Below are positions 19,848 to 27,850 of a stretch of 64,000 nt of DNA, piece after piece. A program made the position numbers and the translations under genes. Source of the DNA: a virus (Duplodnaviria > Caudoviricetes); the IMG/VR virus record IMGVR_UViG_3300027672_001796. The stretch is one strand, 5' to 3'. The notes beneath the pieces are model-generated. The model did not search any database. It saw nothing but the letters and a program-made list of their open reading frames with translations, and had not been told where the DNA came from. Within the stretch, counting starts at the first letter, position 1. Every line of letters begins with the position of its first letter.

Positions 19848-20465
19848 TTATACTCTAACGTATTTATCATATATTTTGGAGGTGTATATACTAATGTCGG
19901 TAAAATTAGCAAGTGTATGGGGTAATGTAACTGTTTTATCTTTGTGTAATGCAATACCGTCGACTATAAATTTCTCTATTACAAAATGCGGGTCGCCTTT
20001 TTCTGTTGCATAAAATTTTAAATTATGCTTTGTTTTATTCTTTTTAATTGTGTTAGCATGTATCTTTACTGTAATCTCTTTTGCAGTCAGGCTTACTTTT
20101 ACATCAAACGCACTGCCATTAAAGCCTACGTGGGATTTAACTTCAGTTAAAAAGTTTCCGTTAGTAGTAACTTTGTCACTAGTGTAAGTCTTTAATATAA
20201 TATGGCAAACACCATGTTCATCTCGTTCTATACTGAACTGGGCCATTCCCTTTTTACGTTCATCAATAATTTTACAATCAATAGTTTTAAGTTCTGCAAC
20301 AGCATTGTCACCGATAGATTTTGCTTCAGGCGGCTTAGTACTTTTATATAATATGTCACCATCATCATTGTATACCAAATAAGTAGTATCGTTTTCTGAT
20401 GCAATTACTTTTGCTAAACTACCTTTCTCTTGTTTAAGTAGAGCTAATCGTTCACCTGGAGTCAT
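19848..20465 (-). CDS. Hypothetical protein (205 aa)
   Basis: Co-oriented ORF filling the operon. Confidence 0.7.
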   Translation of the reverse strand: MTPGERLALLKQEKGSLAKVIASENDTTYLVYNDDGDILYKSTKPPEAKSIGDNAVAELKTIDCKIIDERKKGMAQFSIERDEHGVCHIILKTYTSDKVTTNGNFLTEVKSHVGFNGSAFDVKVSLTAKEITVKIHANTIKKNKTKHNLKFYATEKGDPHFVIEKFIVDGIALHKDKTVTLPHTLANFTDISIYTSKIYDKYVRV

Positions 20466-20474
20466 AATGTTTTC

Positions 20475-21338
20475 CTATTGGAGATAGTCGCTTTCTAGCT
20501 GTGCAACCATATCCTTTGTTAGCCATTCCTTTGAAACATAATGAAACGGGTGTGTTATTTGGAAATTGCCTATCTTAAAATCTTTGTAAGACTTATAATA
20601 TGTAGGCAATGTTTCAGTCCAATCGGTGTGTACTAAACTTGTTGGAATATTTTGTACTTCGCTTTTCATGTGTATAAACGTAGGTAGTTCTGTCATGTGG
20701 TCTGCTGTACACTTATCTTTTATTCCTAAGATATGCATAGCAAGGCTGAATGCCACATCTGCACTTAGCCAGTCTGGTTTTCCTTTTGGCATATACTTAA
20801 AGTACATACGTTCCCAATTATGGAATATAATCTCTACCATCTTGAAAAACTCTGTTGCAAGGTCTGACTTTTTAAAATAAAAGAATGCTGTATAAACATT
20901 TGGCATATCATTTAGTTTTAAGGACTGCCTGTAGTGTGTATCGTATACATGTTCGTCTCTATATGTTTTTACATTAGTACAAGACCATATATCCTTTTGT
21001 GCTAAAATATCCCACCACTGACTTACATCTGTAGGGAACAACATATCAGTGTCTAGTATTACTGTCTCATCATACGGAGTCATGTAATAGTATTTCCACT
21101 TGTTATTAATTTTCCATTCTTTATCTTCAGCATCATCTTCCCAAGGTATATCCACAATGTGATCAAATACTTTTTTGTGTTTTGCTGTAATAAGTTTTTT
21201 AGTCCTAGCGTCAATACACACCGTAAGATTGTTTACAATGCCCTGTGTTAGCTTTAAGTTCATTGCGAGTGCATACGCCTGCTCTAGATAATCTACAGTG
21301 CCGTTGTTTTGTGCTATTACAATGTAACCCTTACTCAT
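20475..21338 (-). CDS. Glycosyltransferase, GT-A (GT8-like)
   Basis: KGYIVIA, YMTPYDETVILDTDML (DxD) and a C-terminal FHY. Confidence 0.72.
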   Translation of the reverse strand: MSKGYIVIAQNNGTVDYLEQAYALAMNLKLTQGIVNNLTVCIDARTKKLITAKHKKVFDHIVDIPWEDDAEDKEWKINNKWKYYYMTPYDETVILDTDMLFPTDVSQWWDILAQKDIWSCTNVKTYRDEHVYDTHYRQSLKLNDMPNVYTAFFYFKKSDLATEFFKMVEIIFHNWERMYFKYMPKGKPDWLSADVAFSLAMHILGIKDKCTADHMTELPTFIHMKSEVQNIPTSLVHTDWTETLPTYYKSYKDFKIGNFQITHPFHYVSKEWLTKDMVAQLESDYLQ

Positions 21339-22017
21339 TTTCTAATAATCTCTGTGTGTCTTTCCAGTTTGTAACTGCGAACACTTGTTCTGGTTGTAGT
21401 TGTACTGCTAGAGGATAATCATTTCCTGCAGGGTCAACTCTGTCGCCATAAAATTTAATTGAGTCTATGTCGAAGTCTTTTAATATTTGAGACTTATCAC
21501 ATCCCTTTTTAAATATATCTATACCTGTCTCACCGCCAACTTTTGCACTTAGCTCTGGGAAACGTGTATTAAATCTTTCAGCAATAGCAGTTCTTTCTTG
21601 CACTATTAAATCGTATTGATAGTAGTGTTCTCTTTGTTGTTTGTTTGCATGTCTACCCACAACACTAAAGTTAACCATGCCGGTTCTCTCTTCTATGTGT
21701 AAGCCTGTTTGTGTTTGCCATTTGCTGTTATCTAATTCGTTTACTAGAAAGAAGCCTGATTCAGCTGGCAACTTCCAATCATTATGACTAAGTTGCTCGT
21801 CTTTAGCATACACATCATTACCACTACAGTTATAAACTCTCATACATGCGTTGTAAACATCATCGCCAATTTGTTCTATTGTCTTTGGTCGGTCACTGCC
21901 TGTTACTAAAATTACACTATGGGTTTTAGCAAACTCTAAAAACTGTTGTTTAAACTCAGCGTCTATTGTTCCTCTACTAGGAGTTAGTGTGCCATCTACA
22001 TCAAAGATATAATTCAT
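21331..22017 (-). CDS. Phosphomannomutase, HAD superfamily (eukaryote-type PMM)
   Basis: FDVDGTLTPSR, VTGSD, ERTGMVNFS.VGR and YGDRVDPAGNDY. Start reassigned to MNYIF at 22017. Confidence 0.85.
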   Translation of the reverse strand: MNYIFDVDGTLTPSRGTIDAEFKQQFLEFAKTHSVILVTGSDRPKTIEQIGDDVYNACMRVYNCSGNDVYAKDEQLSHNDWKLPAESGFFLVNELDNSKWQTQTGLHIEERTGMVNFSVVGRHANKQQREHYYQYDLIVQERTAIAERFNTRFPELSAKVGGETGIDIFKKGCDKSQILKDFDIDSIKFYGDRVDPAGNDYPLAVQLQPEQVFAVTNWKDTQRLLENE

Positions 22018-22121
22018 GTGTGTGTTACTTCTTTTTTCTTTTATTGAACTGTTTATTAGCATTACGTTGCCAACTCCATTCGAAGAATTTACTAATTGCG
22101 TTGCTTATCATTCGTTGTAAT

Positions 22122-22349
22122 TCAAACATCTTTCTTCCACGTTGAGGGATCGCCCCAACTAATTAAATCGTTTATAGCAGACTGGCATCCGTGAATGTAA
22201 TCTCTATCTTCTTCGCTTAGTACTGACCAAGCGTAGGTAACTTTGTCTATCATCGCTGTTACTTCTTCTGGATGATCCAGGTGATAGTTGCTTTCCATAC
22301 ATGCTTGAATCTCATCCATTCGCTTGTCTAGTTTTTCTCGTAACTTCAC
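22122..22349 (-). CDS. Hypothetical protein (~75 aa)
   Basis: GTG start overlaps the TGA of the upstream small ORF (GTGA); helical sequence. Confidence 0.65.
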   Translation of the reverse strand: MKLREKLDKRMDEIQACMESNYHLDHPEEVTAMIDKVTYAWSVLSEEDRDYIHGCQSAINDLISWGDPSTWKKDV

Positions 22350-22513
22350 TTTACTGGTTTCCAATCTTCTTTAAATAAACAAAATCTAGTTTGCCCATCC
22401 TTTGTTTCGTACACAAACTGTGTTGCTAATAGTTGTACAACTTTGCCCGTGTTAGTTCTATTAAACCCAGACTCGTGATGCACTATAACATCTTTAAGAT
22501 TTGGCTTTTTCAT
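22346..22513 (-). CDS. Small hypothetical protein (55 aa; not in the ORF track)
   Basis: MKKPNLKDVIVHHESGFNRTNTGKVVQLLATQFVYETKDGQTRFCLFKEDWKPVK*; preceded by GAGG and coupled to the next ORF. Confidence 0.6.
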   Translation of the reverse strand: MKKPNLKDVIVHHESGFNRTNTGKVVQLLATQFVYETKDGQTRFCLFKEDWKPVK

Positions 22514-22631
22514 CTTGTTCCTCTTCTCGTAAGTCTTCGCCTTCCTTACCTCTAGTGCGATTACCGTCCGAATTTAATTCTGTTAAATCTTGTTGCTTGT
22601 TTTTTTGATTGTGTTCTTCTTCACATGACAT
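22494..22631 (-). CDS. Small acidic hydrophilic peptide (45 aa; not in the ORF track)
   Basis: MSCEEEHNQKNKQQDLTELNSDGNRTRGKEGEDLREEEQDEKAKS*; overlaps both neighbours. Confidence 0.45.
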   Translation of the reverse strand: MSCEEEHNQKNKQQDLTELNSDGNRTRGKEGEDLREEEQDEKAKS

Positions 22632-23520
22632 GGCTTAGTAACTCCTTACTTACTCTATTTATCGCCCACTTGTTCATAACATGTATATCTACGCCACGCC
22701 ATCTACATAACATAAAGTCGCCTAGACTTTTTGGCTTCTCTAAGTAGAATATTAATTCATTTTTCTCTGGAGAGGAATGTACATCGTCGGTATCAAATGT
22801 TTTATAAAGTGCAGGCACCGGAAGTTGTGGAACTCCTTTCTCTACAAATCCGGATAGCATGTGTGCGGCTACACTAAAACTGTAATCATTACGATATAAG
22901 CCACCGGGCCATCTATACAGTTCTTGGTAGTATTGAGTGTTGTCTCGTACATGTCGTACGGTATTAAAAAACTGTTGTGCATAGTTAGACTTTTTAAAGT
23001 AAACTACTGTAGCCCAATACATAGTGATGCCAACAGGACTCAAACGTTTAAGTGAATCGTCATTACGTTCTGACATAATGTCTTCGTAGTTCCAGTTCAT
23101 CATTAATTCGTTGTCGTGTCCCCAACACTGATTTAATACATCACTCATAACTAAGTAGTCTGCATCTATTAGTATTGTTTCATCATATGGACTTAGGTCG
23201 TAAGCATCACATCTATCTATGTTATAAAACGGAAGTGATGTACTTTTGTGGCTCGTATCTTTGTATGAGCGTCTGTTAATGTTCTTGAATGCTTTGTCTT
23301 TAGTTGTTATAACAATATTTGATATAGCATTGTGTATGAAATCGTAACCCATTTCATCTAAGTTATAATCATAACTGTATTGGTTTGTAACAACTGTGAT
23401 ATTATCTATACCTAAGTTTTCTTTGATATAGTATGCATTTATAGTTGCTAACTTTAGATAATCTATTTCCTCATTGTTATGAGCAAATATTAATATGCCT
23501 TTACTTGGAGTTGTCATCAA
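22621..23520 (-). CDS. Glycosyltransferase, GT-A (GT8-like), paralogue of 20475..21338
   Basis: KGILIFAHNN and LSPYDETILIDADYL (DxD). Confidence 0.72.
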   Translation of the reverse strand: MMTTPSKGILIFAHNNEEIDYLKLATINAYYIKENLGIDNITVVTNQYSYDYNLDEMGYDFIHNAISNIVITTKDKAFKNINRRSYKDTSHKSTSLPFYNIDRCDAYDLSPYDETILIDADYLVMSDVLNQCWGHDNELMMNWNYEDIMSERNDDSLKRLSPVGITMYWATVVYFKKSNYAQQFFNTVRHVRDNTQYYQELYRWPGGLYRNDYSFSVAAHMLSGFVEKGVPQLPVPALYKTFDTDDVHSSPEKNELIFYLEKPKSLGDFMLCRWRGVDIHVMNKWAINRVSKELLSHVM

Positions 23521-23869
23521 GTTCCATATCCACCAGCTTATGAACTTTTCTGCTTTTCTTTATTTTGGAATATTCGTAATGATATTCGTTGGTAGCTTCA
23601 AAGTACCTTGATAGAATCTCTTCTAAGAAATCATCTAGCCCGACAATTTCAATTGGATTGTTATACACATCTAACAGTACTGCTTTAGTGTGCCCTTGTG
23701 TTATTAATGTCTGTACAAACGATATAAGCATTTGAGAAATCTCAAACGTACCACCGTTAGTACTGTAACTTAATAGTGTTTGCACTTTAGATCGAAGTGC
23801 GTTGTGTTGTACGTTTAGAGTTAATCTATAGTTCGCGAACTCTAATGCTTTGGTTAATTTAGAAGTCAT
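23501..23869 (-). CDS. Hypothetical protein (122 aa)
   Basis: First gene after a late motif; helical sequence. Confidence 0.75.
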   Translation of the reverse strand: MTSKLTKALEFANYRLTLNVQHNALRSKVQTLLSYSTNGGTFEISQMLISFVQTLITQGHTKAVLLDVYNNPIEIVGLDDFLEEILSRYFEATNEYHYEYSKIKKSRKVHKLVDMELDDNSK

Positions 23870-23874
23870 AGCTA

Positions 23875-23881
23875 TATTTAT
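23875..23881 (-). promoter_or_regulatory. Putative late promoter ATAAATA, 5 nt before ATG
   Basis: ATAAATA-TAGCT-ATG, immediately downstream of a terminator. Confidence 0.65.
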
Positions 23882-23886
23882 CAGTC

Positions 23887-23918
23887 AAAAAAAAGCCAGT
23901 TACTGTGAACTGGCTTTT
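23887..23918 (-). terminator. Rho-independent terminator after the 348-aa structural gene
   Basis: 11-bp stem AAAAGCCAGTT/AACTGGCTTTT with a 6-nt loop, ending in 8 U on the minus strand. Confidence 0.85.
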
Positions 23919-23932
23919 AAATTTATATCTTA

Positions 23933-24979
23933 TTACAAGTTACTTATTGCTGATGTACCAGGTTGTGCTAATGTTATACCATTGTTTGCTCGTTTAGTAG
24001 TACAAGTACTTGAAACTGTACCGTCTACACTATCAACATAACCGACTGAGTCATCACTGTTACCGTCAACACCATCCGCTCCAATACCATCGCCTAATGC
24101 GTGATCATCTCTAAGTGTTGCTTTGAATGTTATAGCTGTTGGGTTAGTAGTGCTGTTAACTTTAGCAACTAATTGGTAGTAGTTACTTGCATATGAACTA
24201 GAACCATACTTGATATACATCTGTACATACGAAGTAGTCAATTCATAAAAGCCTTTACCGGCACTTGTACCTGTTGAACCTGAACTAGTTAAGTTGTTCA
24301 AGTTAAAAGTAAGTGTGCCCATTGCACTTAATAGTGCTGTCCAGTTACTATTTTGTGAACCAATTGTTCCTGCGGCTGAACCTGATGTTCCTCCTGATCT
24401 TGAAGAAGAAAAATTAATTTCTCCACCTGCATTAAAGAACGCTCTACATTGTGCTTCACTGGCAAAGCTCACTGAAAATTCATGTGTTACTTCTGGTGTT
24501 GATGAGCTTCCCCATCCTGCTGTTCTACTTGAGGTTGCTAACGATTCTGAAGTTAAACTTCCACTTGGTACACTAAATCTGCTATCAAAACATGATTTAG
24601 CATCTGCCATTAAGTTAGACCAGTCAGTTGATGAAATACCATCACCTGCCGCTGAATCTGAAGTACTTGAAGAATTTAATGTTAAGCCAAGGAATGTACC
24701 TACCGCTTGAATCTCATCCTGTAAATTTTTATATCCATTGTCTGTGCTACTTGCTCGGATAAGCTCTCCGCCTGCGGCATCCAACGAACCAATTGATTGG
24801 TCGTAACCATAAATTGAACTTGCTGTGTATGTGCCCAATGTATGATCTGCAGGAGTACTTAACTGCCTGTAGACATTGTTTTTCATTCCATCGTAATCAG
24901 CGTTACCGATTACATCACCAGCGACCACTTGGGTCATTGTGTGTCCACCGGATACTGTTAAAGTGCTTCCACTTGCCAT
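23933..24979 (-). CDS. Ser/Gly/Thr-rich virion structural protein (tail-associated)
   Basis: Composition, position in the tail module, and upstream AGGAG plus late motif. Confidence 0.65.
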   Translation of the reverse strand: MASGSTLTVSGGHTMTQVVAGDVIGNADYDGMKNNVYRQLSTPADHTLGTYTASSIYGYDQSIGSLDAAGGELIRASSTDNGYKNLQDEIQAVGTFLGLTLNSSSTSDSAAGDGISSTDWSNLMADAKSCFDSRFSVPSGSLTSESLATSSRTAGWGSSSTPEVTHEFSVSFASEAQCRAFFNAGGEINFSSSRSGGTSGSAAGTIGSQNSNWTALLSAMGTLTFNLNNLTSSGSTGTSAGKGFYELTTSYVQMYIKYGSSSYASNYYQLVAKVNSTTNPTAITFKATLRDDHALGDGIGADGVDGNSDDSVGYVDSVDGTVSSTCTTKRANNGITLAQPGTSAISNL

Positions 24980-25006
24980 ATTAAACTCCTACTAGTTTCT
25001 TACTTA

Positions 25007-25013
25007 TATTTAT
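25007..25013 (-). promoter_or_regulatory. Putative late promoter ATAAATA
   Basis: Immediately after the upstream TAG, 27 nt before the ATG at 24979. Confidence 0.55.
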
Positions 25014-27179
25014 CTATCTAACACCGATAACTGCTTCTACTATGCCTTCACCGCCGTCATTTTTATCTTCTAAACTTCTTCCTACAATAGCCCTTGTGTC
25101 ATACTCATCTTCCATACTTGCCCATGCAACTCCTGGAACATCACTAGAAACTAAACGTTGTCCTTTCTTAATTTTGCCAATTACTTTAACAGGTACTCTT
25201 CCTGCTAATGCTACTGGTAAACCTTCTGCTTCACTGTTCATTAAGTAAGCAGGGTTTGTTGATATAACACCAAACACATCTGTGTCTGCATGTTCTAAAG
25301 TCATTGTAATTTCAGCATCGCCACCAATTTTAACTACTGTGCCTGCCTCGTAAGTTGCGTCAGCTGAGTATATCTCCGCCATATCCGCGTACTTAGCCGA
25401 ACTTGCCACACCAGTAAATGTTGTTGCAAATACTTCTGCGTATTTGAAACTTGCCGAACCTAAGCTAACTGCATTATCTGTTGCTGGTGTAATATTATGT
25501 GTATGCGTGTCTGCCGCATCGCTTCTTAAGAAACTTGCACTACTAATACTATCTAATGTATCAGCGTCTACGTTTAAAGCATCGATTACAGTCTTAGTTA
25601 CTTGACTGTCTACATACCCTTTAACTGATTGTTGAGTTGGAATAAGTGTAGCACTATTGCTAGACATATTATCTTCGTCAACGAATGCTGTTGCAGTAAT
25701 TGTACCATCAGATAATGAACCAAACTTAACAGTAGTTGAACCTGCATCAACACCTGCTGTTGCGAGTAGCTCAGATGTAAATGATTTTGCACCACCTAAT
25801 GTTTGCGTACCTGTTGTTCTAATAACTGTGTTGTCTACAGCAACTGAACCAACTACTCCGCCGTTGTATGTAAAGTCTGCAATACCATCGCCGTCTGTTA
25901 GTGCATTGCTTAACGATGTATTCTGCAAGTTACCTGTACTAGCATCAAAAATAACTGTGCCATCTGTTGCTTTTAAGTCAAATCCTTTAACACCGTTAGT
26001 AGTAATATTCTGTGTAGCTGTTACTGATACATTACTTAAATGTGCTGTATCCATCGGGTTAGCTGTAGAACCAATTGTTTCAATTGTGTCTGCTCCAAAT
26101 CCTATAATACTTCCCGACATGTGAATGTCGTCTACATATAATGTTTTAACAGGCTTTGCTGTTGTACCAACTGAAAGTTTTGATTGACCGCCAGCATCAG
26201 TAATAGTATGTATAACTTGATCAGCCGCTGATGAACTACCAATTGTAATCGATCCACCTAAAAATGCATTATTAAATCGTTGTGTTGAAGTACCTAACGA
26301 AGCAGTATCTGTATTAGTTGGAATAAGATTTGTACTACCTGTGTGGTAGAAGCCTGCTGATGGAGTTATGGATCCGGAAATTAGTAATGCATTAGCCGAG
26401 GTAGCCGAAGTGGCTAAGTCCGCTAATGGTACTGATGTATCACTATATGCTCGTCTTAAATTCATACCTGGCTTAATAACTAAGCCAATACCTAAACCGC
26501 CCGAGTCATTAAATTCGCTGGATAAATCTACAGATGCACTGTCGTTATCTCTATAACTCGTTCCTAATGTAGCGTCTGTTACAGTGAACTCTACGTTATC
26601 ACTAAAGATAGCCATAACAGTTTCAAGTCCTGACGGAGTACCAAAAGCGGTACCACTGTCATTAACATATACTAAGGCTATAACTGCTCTTTTAATACTG
26701 TTGTTGTCTGTTAAATATAGTGTTCTTAATCTTGTTCCAAAGTTAGGACCGCCTGACTCTGATTGCCATCTACTTGTTACAGTACCTGGGTATGAAACTT
26801 CACGCCATGCTGTACCGTCATATAATTTTTCTTTGTTGTCAACTGTATCGAAGTAAGTTGTGCCGGCGGCTAAGTCTGATGTCGGGGCCGAAGAAGCAAT
26901 GAGAGGAGTTTGCCTTCTCCATGCCGTGCCATCATATACACGCATAGTGTTGTCAGATGTATTATACCAATGCTGACCTACTAATGCTGTTTTGCCTCTA
27001 GCAACTGGATTACTAGTAGAAGCAAAGTTCTCTAGCATCCATAAAGTGTTTTGTACGAAAAATTGACCATAGCCTGATACGTTCCTGCCTACAAGTGCTA
27101 CACCATACTTAGTGCTTACCTCACCTGTTGCGACGGTAATAGTACTGCCTTCGTCTGTCGTTTTTACTGAATACGTCAT
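25014..27179 (-). CDS. Tail fibre-like protein with C-terminal chaperone/autocleavage-type domain
   Basis: N-terminal LVGRN..YGQ..VQNTLWMLENFA anchor, T/S/G-rich shaft and C-terminal KYADMAEIY...GRVPVKV.G. Confidence 0.75.
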   Translation of the reverse strand: MTYSVKTTDEGSTITVATGEVSTKYGVALVGRNVSGYGQFFVQNTLWMLENFASTSNPVARGKTALVGQHWYNTSDNTMRVYDGTAWRRQTPLIASSAPTSDLAAGTTYFDTVDNKEKLYDGTAWREVSYPGTVTSRWQSESGGPNFGTRLRTLYLTDNNSIKRAVIALVYVNDSGTAFGTPSGLETVMAIFSDNVEFTVTDATLGTSYRDNDSASVDLSSEFNDSGGLGIGLVIKPGMNLRRAYSDTSVPLADLATSATSANALLISGSITPSAGFYHTGSTNLIPTNTDTASLGTSTQRFNNAFLGGSITIGSSSAADQVIHTITDAGGQSKLSVGTTAKPVKTLYVDDIHMSGSIIGFGADTIETIGSTANPMDTAHLSNVSVTATQNITTNGVKGFDLKATDGTVIFDASTGNLQNTSLSNALTDGDGIADFTYNGGVVGSVAVDNTVIRTTGTQTLGGAKSFTSELLATAGVDAGSTTVKFGSLSDGTITATAFVDEDNMSSNSATLIPTQQSVKGYVDSQVTKTVIDALNVDADTLDSISSASFLRSDAADTHTHNITPATDNAVSLGSASFKYAEVFATTFTGVASSAKYADMAEIYSADATYEAGTVVKIGGDAEITMTLEHADTDVFGVISTNPAYLMNSEAEGLPVALAGRVPVKVIGKIKKGQRLVSSDVPGVAWASMEDEYDTRAIVGRSLEDKNDGGEGIVEAVIGVR

Positions 27180-27192
27180 TTCTTAAATTCCT

Positions 27193-27813
27193 CTAATTTA
27201 ATTGAACTCGAACCGTATAAACGATTTCAATTTCTCTGTTTTTACTTTTTTGTACTGGGTGAAATATAACATGTGTCAGTAATATACTGTCGTCAATATC
27301 ATCAGCATAAGATAATAATCCTAACTCGTCGAATACATACGATCCATCTTGTGTTGTGCTGGTGTCAAATGCATCAGCATCACTTGGTTCGTTGTACCCC
27401 AATGTACAAGTAATTTTTAAGTCAGTGTAACTCGGTCCTGGGATAACTTCGATTTTATCCGTTGTCGTGTTATTACTAACTACTTTTTGGTAAGTCCTTG
27501 AGTACAATGTTCCACTGCTCTCATAACTTTCGCTAACTCTTGGAGATTTGTAAATTACTTTACCTGCTGTGTCGACACTGGTTGCTCCGTTGCCAAAGCC
27601 CATCCATTGAACATAGTAATTACCTAATTTATCTGTAATTGCCCTAGCAATCATATTCGCCATGTTGCCATAGTGAATAGCATTACGTTTGTTTACTAGT
27701 TCTTCGCCAGTTTCTTTATCCTTAATAAGGATATGACCTGACATTTTTAGACCCATTGTATCATCCACAGGACTCTCCGCTTGTTCTTGGTTAATTATCT
27801 CTTTATCTTCCAT
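27193..27813 (-). CDS. Tail/baseplate structural protein (~206 aa)
   Basis: GHILIKD..TGE, GFGNG and FDELGL...IEIVYTVRV, typical of fibre-attachment proteins. Start moved to 27813, just after the late motif. Confidence 0.65.
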   Translation of the reverse strand: MEDKEIINQEQAESPVDDTMGLKMSGHILIKDKETGEELVNKRNAIHYGNMANMIARAITDKLGNYYVQWMGFGNGATSVDTAGKVIYKSPRVSESYESSGTLYSRTYQKVVSNNTTTDKIEVIPGPSYTDLKITCTLGYNEPSDADAFDTSTTQDGSYVFDELGLLSYADDIDDSILLTHVIFHPVQKSKNREIEIVYTVRVQLN

Positions 27814-27818
27814 GCTGT

Positions 27819-27825
27819 TATTTAT
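27819..27825 (-). promoter_or_regulatory. Putative late promoter ATAAATA, 5 nt before ATG
   Basis: ATAAATA-ACAGC-ATG. Confidence 0.6.
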
Positions 27826-27850
27826 CACTTTTCTTTAAAAATAGTTTTAA

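Noticed and set aside
1-23869. Bacterial chromosomal or RiPP cluster flanking a prophage
   Set aside because: The locus shares the late motif, orientation and packing of the phage genes. No integrase, att site, transporter, peptidase or Cys-rich precursor was seen.
25014-27179. Diversity-generating retroelement targeting the tail fibre
   Set aside because: No reverse transcriptase and no template/variable repeat pair noticed in the window.
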